64,000 nucleotides of DNA from a virus. The notes under the pieces were generated by a model. That model saw only the letters and a list, made by a program, of their open reading frames with translations. It had not been told where the DNA came from and did not search any database. Numbering within the stretch: the first letter of the stretch is position 1; each line of letters opens with the position of its first letter. The position numbers were made by a program, and so were the translations under genes. Below are positions 9,344-17,837 of this stretch, one piece after another. Location of the stretch: IMG/VR virus record IMGVR_UViG_3300021185_003284, positions 49,072-113,071 of that record; one strand, given 5' to 3'.

Positions 9344-10069
9344 ATGAATGTAGCAGTATTAGTAGAAATTATAAAAGAGACGGACAAAAATTGGCGATTC
9401 ATATTTGAGTCGCCTTTGTACGATAAGATAGATTTCGTCTCTGGCCAGCTTGTTCAATTAGCGATCCAGGATCCTATTGAGGCAGGCTACTACCATAAAA
9501 GAAATTATTCAGTAGCATCTTGGCCAGATGGTACAAACAGGTTTGAACTTATCATAACCTACATACCTGGAGGTTTATTCTCTGAGTTTTTATTTAAGGA
9601 AGCAAAGATAGGAGATGAATTTCTCTACAGAGGTCCATTAGGAGTATTTACTTTACCGAACTTACAGAAACTAGATAGAGATATATACTTTGTGAGTACT
9701 GGTTCCGGAATAAGTCCTTTTAGATCCATAATGGGTTGGATAGGAGAAAATCCTGATAAGATAGAAACTAAGAAGCTTAAATTATTCTTTGGTACACGAA
9801 CTGAAAAGGAAATACTTTATAGAGATGAAATGGAGGCTTTAGAAAAGAAGCTTCCTAACTTTGAATTCATTCCAACATTATCTCAAGAACAATGGGACGG
9901 TAAAACAGGATATGTCCATGACCACTACCTTAAACTAATAGATGAGATGGATGAAAAACCTTTAGTATACTATTGTGGATGGGATAAAATGATTAGAGAA
10001 GGAAGAAGCCATCTAGATGCTAGAGGATTTGAAATGACTAAAGATATCAGAGTAGAAATATTTGGATAA
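9344..10069 (+). CDS. FAD/NAD(P)H oxidoreductase, ferredoxin-NADP reductase family (no 2Fe-2S domain)
   Basis: RNYS FAD motif, GGLFS, GPLG, TGSGISP, YYCG, terminal EIFG. Confidence 0.88.
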   Translation: MNVAVLVEIIKETDKNWRFIFESPLYDKIDFVSGQLVQLAIQDPIEAGYYHKRNYSVASWPDGTNRFELIITYIPGGLFSEFLFKEAKIGDEFLYRGPLGVFTLPNLQKLDRDIYFVSTGSGISPFRSIMGWIGENPDKIETKKLKLFFGTRTEKEILYRDEMEALEKKLPNFEFIPTLSQEQWDGKTGYVHDHYLKLIDEMDEKPLVYYCGWDKMIREGRSHLDARGFEMTKDIRVEIFG

Positions 10070-10515
10070 TGGAAGGACCAATGGCAGCTTTAGACCTTCT
10101 TAACGAAAAGGCATTTCAGCATATAAAAAATAACGTCGTCACTCAATTAACTTGTAGAAAAATTGGTCTTACGTTTTGTGCTTTGACCGATATTTATAAA
10201 GGACAAGAGGTATTCCTACCTTGGGATGGACCAACAAGGGAATACAGCTTTATTGTAGATAGGATCGAAGAACTCCACGGAAACGTATTTGGTACCCTAC
10301 TACGATACTTTGACAATCATTCTTATTTAGAAAAGGGTGTTGTTAATTTTAAATTAGTGCACGGTGTTAACTTTATAGTGGCACAACCTGAATGTATTTT
10401 ATCCCCCGATGGAGAGGGTGGCAACTTAGAGTCAGGAACTATAAAGGCTAGATGGGATATTATTGCTACAACAGAGCTTTCACTCTATGAAGCAAGAAGT
10501 AGACCACTTTTGTAA
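10069..10515 (+). CDS. Divergent SET-domain-like protein
   Basis: ALTDIYKGQEV and IKARWDIIATTELSLYE resemble the SET motifs A-RDI-GEE and EL-DY; the NH motif is not clear. Confidence 0.45.
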   Translation: MEGPMAALDLLNEKAFQHIKNNVVTQLTCRKIGLTFCALTDIYKGQEVFLPWDGPTREYSFIVDRIEELHGNVFGTLLRYFDNHSYLEKGVVNFKLVHGVNFIVAQPECILSPDGEGGNLESGTIKARWDIIATTELSLYEARSRPLL

Positions 10516-10541
10516 TACTATGCGTAATTGATAATTAACAA

Positions 10542-10549
10542 TATTTATA
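10542..10549 (+). promoter_or_regulatory. Putative late promoter TATTTATA
   Basis: Same motif lies upstream of structural genes. Confidence 0.55.
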
Positions 10550-10575
10550 ATAAACACTAATAAAACCCAAAAAGA

Positions 10576-12810
10576 ATGAAAGGTACATTATTTTCAGCTG
10601 ACTTTGTAAAAGACGGAAACGGCGATAGTAAACTAATCGAAATCAACACTGATACAGCTTGTATCGCAGGATTAGCTTCTAACATCGACTTTACTGATCT
10701 TTACTCAGTTTTAGCTACAAACACAATCACAGACCTACAGGTAATCTATAAAGAATTTCAAGAGCCAATCTTAGATAGACTTAAAGCTCAGAAACCTGAG
10801 GGAGTAACAATCACCGAACATAAGGAAATACACTCTTCTATATATCCAACTTCTATAGCAGACGATGCTACTAAGTTTATATTGAGATTAGCTTATGACG
10901 AAAATGCATTATTAGATGCCATTTACGCTAAAAATGATGCAAACTTACATGGTTTGTTCGGAGCACAAGGACCAGCATCAGCATCACTTGTAGTATCTGC
11001 TAAACAGTCAGCAGATTCCTCTAACCTTAATTACGTATTAAACGGACCAACAGAACCAGATTTTGCTGTTAAGCCTAAAGTTCCTACTAAATCAGGAATT
11101 GACTTTTATAAGCTAGGAGGTTCAACAGGATCTATTGAAGACAGGATAAACGAATTTACTGCTTCTATTGATTCAGGCGTTAATGTAATTACAAACTACG
11201 TTAGTGATGCAACAGATACAGCTAAGTCAGTAAGATCATATCAAATCGTATATGGAGCTGATTTAGATATCACTTGGTTAGGTGCTTATACTCTTGATGC
11301 TTTATTTACTCATACTTTAAGTTTAGTATACGATGATAATAAAGTAGTTAATAAATTAGCTAACAAGCATTACTATGAATTTGCTACTAATGACATCTCA
11401 GATAACGAAGGTGTTTATTATGAGGCTAAAATTAAGAAAGAAGATGGTAACTACGATGTAGCGGAAGATGCAGTAATAGGTACATTATATGATTCTTATT
11501 ATGTAAGTGGATCGCCGATGACTGATAACAGTCTTATATTAGACTCATGGTCTTTTGCTGGAGATACTCTACCTTCTGGTTCATATAGTACATCATCATC
11601 TTTACAGTCAAACACTTCAGTCACAATGGGAGATAATTCATTAAGAAGAATTACTCTTGATGACGGACAAACAGTACTATTAGGAGGAGCTAACAGAGCA
11701 TTAGTACATGATAATGTTAATAATGAAACTTCTTACTTAAGAGCTAGAGATATTAAAGCTGGATTCAAATTATTTGATGAAAACGGAGCTAGTAAAGGAG
11801 TTACTGCACATGATATAATCATATTAGATAACGACTCAGATTCTAAAATTATAGAATTAGGAGTAGAGGATGTAGATAACTATGTTGTAAGTGGGTCTAA
11901 TACTATTATTCACAACGCACCTTGTTTCATTGCCGGAACTAAAGTTAATATGGAAGACGGTTCAATGAAGAATATTGAAGACGTTAAAGAAGGAGATCAA
12001 GTATGTTGTTGGGACTTTGAAATAAATGGTTTCTCAAATGAGAAAGTATTAATAACTACTGAAACAGAAGATCAGAAAGTAGTACAGATAACATTTAAAT
12101 GCTTCGGTAATGATCTAGATATATATGCAACTCCAGACCATCCATTCTTTGTAGAAGGTGGTAAAGGTTGGGCATGTCAAGATCCAGAATTACTTAAAGA
12201 AAAGACTGGAATGGAAGCTGCTCTATTAGATGCAGGAGATAGTATACTGACAGGTAAGGAAGGAGAAACTTCTATTGTTACAGGAATTACTTCTTGTGAC
12301 TGGACAGCGACAGTATATAACTTAGATAACGTATTCAAATATAATAACTACTTTATATATGGAATGTTAGTACACAACAGATTTATCTTTTCTTGTCATA
12401 CTTATGATAGTAAAGTAGAAATGGCTGATGGTACTCACAAAGCTATAGGAGAAGTAAAAGTTGGAGATAAAGTAAAATCTATCAAAGACGGAATCGTAAC
12501 AGAAGGTACTGTTACTGATCATTTAATTCACGTTACTAACGATGTAATGAGAACAATCAAAACTACTAATGGATATACAGAAATCAATCACCCAATCTTA
12601 GTTGACGGTGAGTGGGTAGCTGCTAAAGAATTAGGAGAAGTAGAAAGTGTATTTGTTGATAACTTCTATAACTTAGAAATTGACGGAAACATTTCTGAAA
12701 GTGATCATAACTATATCGTTGACGGAATGGTATCATCAGGATTAGGAGACAGCAAAGAGCTTAATGCTAAATATCAGAGACAACCTAAACAATTAACTAA
12801 ACACTTATAA
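10576..12810 (+). CDS. Circularly permuted ATP-grasp-like domain fused to three tandem Hint domains
   Basis: N-terminal ADF...KLIEINTDT and AVKP. Hint units: G279-HN447; C450(FIAGT)-TPDH-HN601; C607(HTYDSKV)-INHP-YNLE-NYIVDG. Confidence 0.75.
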   Translation: MKGTLFSADFVKDGNGDSKLIEINTDTACIAGLASNIDFTDLYSVLATNTITDLQVIYKEFQEPILDRLKAQKPEGVTITEHKEIHSSIYPTSIADDATKFILRLAYDENALLDAIYAKNDANLHGLFGAQGPASASLVVSAKQSADSSNLNYVLNGPTEPDFAVKPKVPTKSGIDFYKLGGSTGSIEDRINEFTASIDSGVNVITNYVSDATDTAKSVRSYQIVYGADLDITWLGAYTLDALFTHTLSLVYDDNKVVNKLANKHYYEFATNDISDNEGVYYEAKIKKEDGNYDVAEDAVIGTLYDSYYVSGSPMTDNSLILDSWSFAGDTLPSGSYSTSSSLQSNTSVTMGDNSLRRITLDDGQTVLLGGANRALVHDNVNNETSYLRARDIKAGFKLFDENGASKGVTAHDIIILDNDSDSKIIELGVEDVDNYVVSGSNTIIHNAPCFIAGTKVNMEDGSMKNIEDVKEGDQVCCWDFEINGFSNEKVLITTETEDQKVVQITFKCFGNDLDIYATPDHPFFVEGGKGWACQDPELLKEKTGMEAALLDAGDSILTGKEGETSIVTGITSCDWTATVYNLDNVFKYNNYFIYGMLVHNRFIFSCHTYDSKVEMADGTHKAIGEVKVGDKVKSIKDGIVTEGTVTDHLIHVTNDVMRTIKTTNGYTEINHPILVDGEWVAAKELGEVESVFVDNFYNLEIDGNISESDHNYIVDGMVSSGLGDSKELNAKYQRQPKQLTKHL

Positions 12811-12812
12811 TC

Positions 12813-12950
12813 ATGCCAGAAATATATAAAACAATCTCACTAGCAGATTACGGAAACAGAAATGCAACGGCTTTGACTGCTGACGAACAAACAGATGTAA
12901 GAGCAACTGTTACTAAGTTCATCGAACTTTTCAAAGCAGAACATTTATAA
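12813..12950 (+). CDS. 45-aa peptide (MPEIYKTISLADYGNRNATALTADEQTDVRATVTKFIELFKAEHL), not in the ORF track
   Basis: ATG 2 nt after the upstream stop; fills the gap to the next gene. Confidence 0.7.
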   Translation: MPEIYKTISLADYGNRNATALTADEQTDVRATVTKFIELFKAEHL

Positions 12951-12959
12951 GATAGTTAA

Positions 12960-13502
12960 ATGATCTTAGAGCAAAAGGTTTTATTGACTCCTAAGGAGTG
13001 TCAAGATGTAATAGCATCATGTAAAGACATTTGGTACCCATCATTATTGGGTAAGGAGGAATATAAACCTAAGCTTAGAAATAGTTTCGTACATATTAAG
13101 AAACCAAGAAAAGGAGAGGCCTTGTATGAATACATACAAAGAGGCCTTTCCCTTGTTTCTGAAGAGCTCGTATCTGAAGAACCTTTACTTATTCAGATAT
13201 TAAAATACAAAAAAGGAGGATTTATCTACAAGCATAAAGATGACGTTACCTCTTCATTAAATGGTTTAGTTCAAGCACGTTACTACTTTATTATTCTTCT
13301 TAATGATGATTTTGAAGGAGGAGATTTTCTAGCATATGATAATAAAGATACTGTGTATAAATTAGATAGGAAACAAGGTAACATACTTATAGGAGATCCG
13401 ACTATGTTTCATGAAGTTACTAAAGTTACAAAAGGTACAAGATATAGCCTAATATGTTTTATTACACCAGACCTTCTTAAACCTAATAATACTATAATTT
13501 AA
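12960..13502 (+). CDS. 2OG-Fe(II) oxygenase, prolyl-4-hydroxylase-like
   Basis: HKD...LNDDFEGG...HEV..V.KG.RYS. Confidence 0.88.
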   Translation: MILEQKVLLTPKECQDVIASCKDIWYPSLLGKEEYKPKLRNSFVHIKKPRKGEALYEYIQRGLSLVSEELVSEEPLLIQILKYKKGGFIYKHKDDVTSSLNGLVQARYYFIILLNDDFEGGDFLAYDNKDTVYKLDRKQGNILIGDPTMFHEVTKVTKGTRYSLICFITPDLLKPNNTII

Positions 13503-14050
13503 TGAAACCTAATTTTAAACATTATGGTTCTATAAATGTAGCTCCTTTTCTTTCTGCTTTGGAAGCTATCAAACCTCAAGACTGGAGTAAATATACCTAC
13601 CGTCAAGACTTATTTCCTATGCATAACAAAACTCAAACTATACCAGTACTATATGATACAGACTACGAAATAGGAGTAAGTAAAAAATCATCTTTTTACA
13701 AAATATTTGAAAGTTCAATAGAGCATGCAACTAAAAAGATATCTGAGTTAACCAAATCTAACTGCTCTATAATAAGATTTATTATTACTAACCTTCCAGC
13801 TAATACAGTAGTCGATGAGCATAGAGATAAAGCAAATAGTTTTAAACTTTATAATAGAGTACATATACCTTTAATTACTAATGATAAAGTTCTTTTCACA
13901 GTAGGAGAAGAAACAATCAATATGCCTGTAGGAGAAATGTATGAAATAAACAACAATGATCAACTTCATGGAGTAGTAAATAGCAGTAACCAAGACAGGC
14001 TACATATTATTTTAGATTGGTATGATTATACTAAAAGAACAGCCATATGA
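13502..14050 (+). CDS. Aspartyl/asparaginyl beta-hydroxylase-like 2OG oxygenase
   Basis: HRD, RVHIPL, EINN...HGVVN...RLHIILD. Confidence 0.85.
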   Translation: MKPNFKHYGSINVAPFLSALEAIKPQDWSKYTYRQDLFPMHNKTQTIPVLYDTDYEIGVSKKSSFYKIFESSIEHATKKISELTKSNCSIIRFIITNLPANTVVDEHRDKANSFKLYNRVHIPLITNDKVLFTVGEETINMPVGEMYEINNNDQLHGVVNSSNQDRLHIILDWYDYTKRTAI

Positions 14051-14538
14051 AAAATATACTAATAATAGCATTACCAAGATCAGGAGGAACTTCTATTATG
14101 CATCAGTTAGCTGAAAAGCATAATTTAAAAGCAAGATTTGAACCTGAATTAACTCAATGGCCAGTAGCACCTAAAGACGACGTTACCAAAGTTATTGTTG
14201 ATAGATTCAGTATGGTAGATATTTTTTCTATAGCTGAAAATTACGATAATATTATATTGCATAGCAGACATGATATAGAATCTACAGCAGAATCTTTAGC
14301 TACAATGCTTCATCACTGGGGAGATGAAAGTCATGCTGAGAAACCATGGCATGCTGATTTACTCAAAGAAGTACCGCAGTGGTATTTAGAGCAAACTAAC
14401 CATAGAATAGTACATTGTCAATTACTAATGCATGTATTAAGTGACGAACTTAAAGTACCTATTCAATATTATGAAGATCTATTTGACCTTAATTCAAAAG
14501 AAAGATTAAGAAAAGATTTAGATAGAACACTGTTATGA
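14047..14538 (+). CDS. Sulfotransferase-like protein
   Basis: ILIIALPRSGGT 5'-PSB loop, FEP, R...S 3'-PB, YEDL. Confidence 0.7.
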   Translation: MKNILIIALPRSGGTSIMHQLAEKHNLKARFEPELTQWPVAPKDDVTKVIVDRFSMVDIFSIAENYDNIILHSRHDIESTAESLATMLHHWGDESHAEKPWHADLLKEVPQWYLEQTNHRIVHCQLLMHVLSDELKVPIQYYEDLFDLNSKERLRKDLDRTLL

Positions 14539-15251
14539 TAAAAATTATATGGACATACGATAAAAATGTATTTCACGATGAGGGTACCATTAAAAATAAT
14601 AAAGCTTACTATAAAAGATCTATTATAGATGCTAAAATATTTGGACATCCAACAGAAATGTACTCTAATGATAGAGATTTTGAACACCTAGTAGATACTT
14701 TTCATTATGTAGATACACCAGTAATGTTCTGGGATGAATTTAAATCATTTCCTCTTCATGATAATAAAAGTGATTTTCTACTATCAGATGGTGATATAAT
14801 TTGGCACCAAGGCTTCAAAGTAAATAAAAATGTTGATGTTTTAATTGATAGTTATGAAGACTTTAATTGGAAATCACTTTACGAAATAGATGTTAATACA
14901 TTATCTTATTTAGAAATTAATAAGGTTATTCCGGAATGGGATGGTAAGAAGAGAGCAGCCTTTTGTACAGGTATACTAAGCTTCAATAATAAAGAATATC
15001 AAGCACTTTATTTAGATAGGTATATAAAATTTAAAGCATTTGTAGAAAGGTATAGGAATATGCTAGACGTCAGTAAATGTACAGCAATAGGAGCACAGTA
15101 CCTATTAGCTACTATAGCAGATGTTAAAGGATATTCTCATTACGCTTACTCTAACAAAGTGAGAGAGAATAATGGCATCTACACACACTACTCAGGCAAG
15201 AAGAAACATACCGATAGTTTTCTTCCTCTTACTAAAAAACATCTACTTTAG
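14535..15251 (+). CDS. Putative nucleotide-sugar transferase (GT-A-like)
   Basis: K...LSDGDII DxD motif, CTGIL, late His (THYSG). Confidence 0.5.
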   Translation: MIKIIWTYDKNVFHDEGTIKNNKAYYKRSIIDAKIFGHPTEMYSNDRDFEHLVDTFHYVDTPVMFWDEFKSFPLHDNKSDFLLSDGDIIWHQGFKVNKNVDVLIDSYEDFNWKSLYEIDVNTLSYLEINKVIPEWDGKKRAAFCTGILSFNNKEYQALYLDRYIKFKAFVERYRNMLDVSKCTAIGAQYLLATIADVKGYSHYAYSNKVRENNGIYTHYSGKKKHTDSFLPLTKKHLL

Positions 15252-15283
15252 CTTGTTTTTCTGCTATATTCTTCTTATATTGA
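15251..15283 (+). promoter_or_regulatory. Promoter TTG-N20-TATATTGA
   Basis: Repeated motif. Confidence 0.55.
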
Positions 15284-15309
15284 TAGTTCACTAATATAAT
15301 ATAAAACAT

Positions 15310-15495
15310 ATGGAAAGCTACTTTATTTTAAAATCAAAACTAAATTTTAAACTTCAACAAACTGTAGTCGATGGGGGTGGAATACGCCTAGGAGGGTATA
15401 ACTATATCCAACTAAGCTCAAAACCTAGAGGTCGATCTATTAAACACAACTTAATTGGCTCAGACTCTGGAGATCGATTTGTAATTTACAATTAA
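15310..15495 (+). CDS. Small hypothetical protein
   Basis: ORF downstream of promoter. Confidence 0.5.
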   Translation: MESYFILKSKLNFKLQQTVVDGGGIRLGGYNYIQLSSKPRGRSIKHNLIGSDSGDRFVIYN

Positions 15496-15496
15496 A

Positions 15497-15754
15497 ATGA
15501 GAAAGTTTTTAAGGTCTTTAGTTAAAGAAAGAAAACTTAAACCGGTAGAAAGATTAGGAAATAGGTTGGGCTATATGGGGACTGGATTTATAATGATGTC
15601 TCCTTACCTACTTCCTTATGATAATATGGGTGCCTATACTTATTTAGCAGGAGCATTATTATCTCTTCCTCAGGTTTGGTTAGCTAAACAATGGAACTTA
15701 GTTATTGTTAATTTTAATTTACTTATAGGTTATGGTGCGTATCTTTTTTATTAG
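15497..15754 (+). CDS. Small membrane protein
   Basis: Three hydrophobic segments. Confidence 0.6.
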   Translation: MRKFLRSLVKERKLKPVERLGNRLGYMGTGFIMMSPYLLPYDNMGAYTYLAGALLSLPQVWLAKQWNLVIVNFNLLIGYGAYLFY

Positions 15755-16169
15755 CCTTTTATTATTTCTATCTAATCTAGAGAAGAAAGCTCATAAGGCT
15801 ATCGCCAAAGAGTATGAAGTTGATCTAGTAATACTTGACGTATTAGAAGAAGGTTATTTAGATGGAACACTCTACTCTGTCTTAACTGATAAAGGCCCTA
15901 AGGGATATGCTTTCATAGGTAGTTCCAAGTCTAGATACGATGATTTTGAATATCTAGCTCTATTAGATAGTAATTTTGCAATAGTAAAAGTAAAGGTTTT
16001 GATCTATAGAGAAAACTATGGAGGTGAAATAGGAAGCACAAGATGGTTGAGACAATTCATAGGTTTGAAAGAACCAATTGATAGAGTTTCAGCTATAAGT
16101 GGAGCAACAATCTCAGTGAACTCTATACACTATTCAGTAAATAAGTTACTGAGAAATATAGGGAAATAG
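15732..16169 (+). CDS. Exported FMN-binding domain protein
   Basis: Signal-like N-terminus, YRENYGGEI...WL.QF, and AISGATIS flavinylation motif. Confidence 0.75.
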   Translation: MVRIFFISLLLFLSNLEKKAHKAIAKEYEVDLVILDVLEEGYLDGTLYSVLTDKGPKGYAFIGSSKSRYDDFEYLALLDSNFAIVKVKVLIYRENYGGEIGSTRWLRQFIGLKEPIDRVSAISGATISVNSIHYSVNKLLRNIGK

Positions 16170-16232
16170 TTGCCTCCCCGAAGGATTATTCTTATATTTA
16201 AGTATAATTAAAAAGGTAAAATAAAGGTTATG
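16167..16232 (+). promoter_or_regulatory. Promoter TTG-N20-TATATTTA with AAAGGTT-ATG leader
   Basis: Repeated motif. Confidence 0.75.
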
Positions 16233-17039
16233 ACAAAAATTGAAATTATTGACGAGATTATTGCTAAAAAGCAAGAACTATTATCTAAAGCTAAGAAGAA
16301 AGCTCTTAAGGTTAGAGATGATAGAAGAGATTCTTATTTCTCTGTTATTCAAAAATACTTCGGTGGTGAATTAAATACTGAATACTCTAGTGATGCTTAT
16401 ATTCTTAAGCCTAAATACGATGGAGATTCTAGTTTTGAGATCTTAAGACCTCATGAAGATTATTCTTATGATAAAGAGTTAGGTACTATTAGAATTGAAA
16501 GACCTTGGTCTTGGAGAGAAGAGAAAGGTGAAAAGGCTTCTATGAGAATTTCTACTTATAGTACTTCTGCTGGAGGTCCTTGGGAGTTAGAAAGATTTGC
16601 CGTTCTAGGTAAAGTTGCTTCTGTTATTCAAGACTTTCAAGATGATATTATTGCTGAGATGGATAGTAAAACTGATTCTTATAAGGATGAGTATGATACT
16701 AAGTACCAAGAAGTAAGAACTTTAGAAGCTGATATTCAGAAACTTAGAGATGAAAAGAATAACTCTTACTTAGATACTGCTGAGAAGCTTTTAGAATCTA
16801 AAAAAGGTTTAAAGTTTGACGGTCAGAAGAAAGGTTCTATGGATTTAAGATGGGATTGGACTTTGAGAGGTATATCATCTGCTAAAATAATTAGCAAGAC
16901 TGCCTCTGGTAAGTCAGCTGATGTTGAAATTGCTACCTACGGAGAAACTCCTAGAGTTTATGAAAAGGTAAGAATGACTAATGTAGAGAATCTACTTTGG
17001 CAATATAGAGATTATGTATTAACTGCTGATAGTAAGTAA
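16230..17039 (+). CDS. Hypothetical coiled-coil protein
   Basis: Long ORF with its own promoter. Confidence 0.7.
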   Translation: MTKIEIIDEIIAKKQELLSKAKKKALKVRDDRRDSYFSVIQKYFGGELNTEYSSDAYILKPKYDGDSSFEILRPHEDYSYDKELGTIRIERPWSWREEKGEKASMRISTYSTSAGGPWELERFAVLGKVASVIQDFQDDIIAEMDSKTDSYKDEYDTKYQEVRTLEADIQKLRDEKNNSYLDTAEKLLESKKGLKFDGQKKGSMDLRWDWTLRGISSAKIISKTASGKSADVEIATYGETPRVYEKVRMTNVENLLWQYRDYVLTADSK

Positions 17040-17040
17040 T

Positions 17041-17442
17041 ATGGCTCTATGGAACTATAACGGTGAGATAGTCTACTCTGACGGTGCCCTATCCATTTCG
17101 AATCCTGAGAGTGGATGGGCTACTCGCCACTATTATAAAGTACCCTTTACTAATGTAGGTAAAGGTGGGTTAGTAAATTTACCTACCGGTAGATTTCATA
17201 CTCCTTCTTGGATAGAGGTTCACGAAAAAGCTACCTTAGATGATATCTTAGTAGATAAGAAACCTTTTGAAGAGCTATTCGTAGAAGAGAGAAACGATCA
17301 AAAGTGGTCATTTAAGTCTGCTTCAAGCGATAAAGAATATACTGTTAGATATAATGCAGCTGGTAACTTAAGCTGTGATTGCTGGGGGTATATAGGTCAT
17401 AAGAAGTGTAAGCATATAAAAGAAGTTAAAGATGGACTGTAG
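17041..17442 (+). CDS. SWIM zinc-finger protein
   Basis: SCDCWG...CKH. Confidence 0.75.
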   Translation: MALWNYNGEIVYSDGALSISNPESGWATRHYYKVPFTNVGKGGLVNLPTGRFHTPSWIEVHEKATLDDILVDKKPFEELFVEERNDQKWSFKSASSDKEYTVRYNAAGNLSCDCWGYIGHKKCKHIKEVKDGL

Positions 17443-17668
17443 TAAATGTTGTAACGAGATTAATCCTTTGAGATTAAAAGCATTACCAGGAACTAAGACC
17501 TGTGTAAACTGCTCTAGTACTTCTAGATGGTACGTTAGAAATATTATATCTGGGAAGACTGAGTATGCTGAAACTGAAGTAATAAAAGATCCTAATGTAG
17601 CTAAAGAGATAGCTGCTATGGATGTAAGAACTGGTTGGGGTTCCAACCTTCATAAAGTAAATAGATAA
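17432..17668 (+). CDS. TraR/DksA-type C4 zinc-finger protein
   Basis: CSKC..EINPLRLKALPGTKTCVNC matches the TraR/DksA finger pattern. Confidence 0.75.
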   Translation: MDCSKCCNEINPLRLKALPGTKTCVNCSSTSRWYVRNIISGKTEYAETEVIKDPNVAKEIAAMDVRTGWGSNLHKVNR

Positions 17669-17672
17669 TAAT

Positions 17673-17837
17673 ATGATTGAAATAATAAAACATACATTAG
17701 GAATTTGTGGAGAGCATTGGCATCCAAACGTCATAACCTTGTTGGCCGGCTCTCCCATCTTTCTTACTGCTGTACATTACATTAAATGTAAATGTGGTGG
17801 ATGGTTTAAACATAAAGATAATTGTGAGAATCAATAG
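17673..17837 (+). CDS. Small Cys/His-rich membrane peptide (54 aa), not in the ORF track
   Basis: MIEIIKHTLGICGEHWHPN... runs ATG 17673 to TAG 17837. Confidence 0.55.
   Translation: MIEIIKHTLGICGEHWHPNVITLLAGSPIFLTAVHYIKCKCGGWFKHKDNCENQ

Noticed and set aside
11923-12378. Canonical selfish intein
   Set aside because: The +1 residue is Arg, there is no endonuclease, and it sits between other Hint units rather than in a conserved enzyme motif. It fits a BIL/Hint-type autoprocessing domain better.
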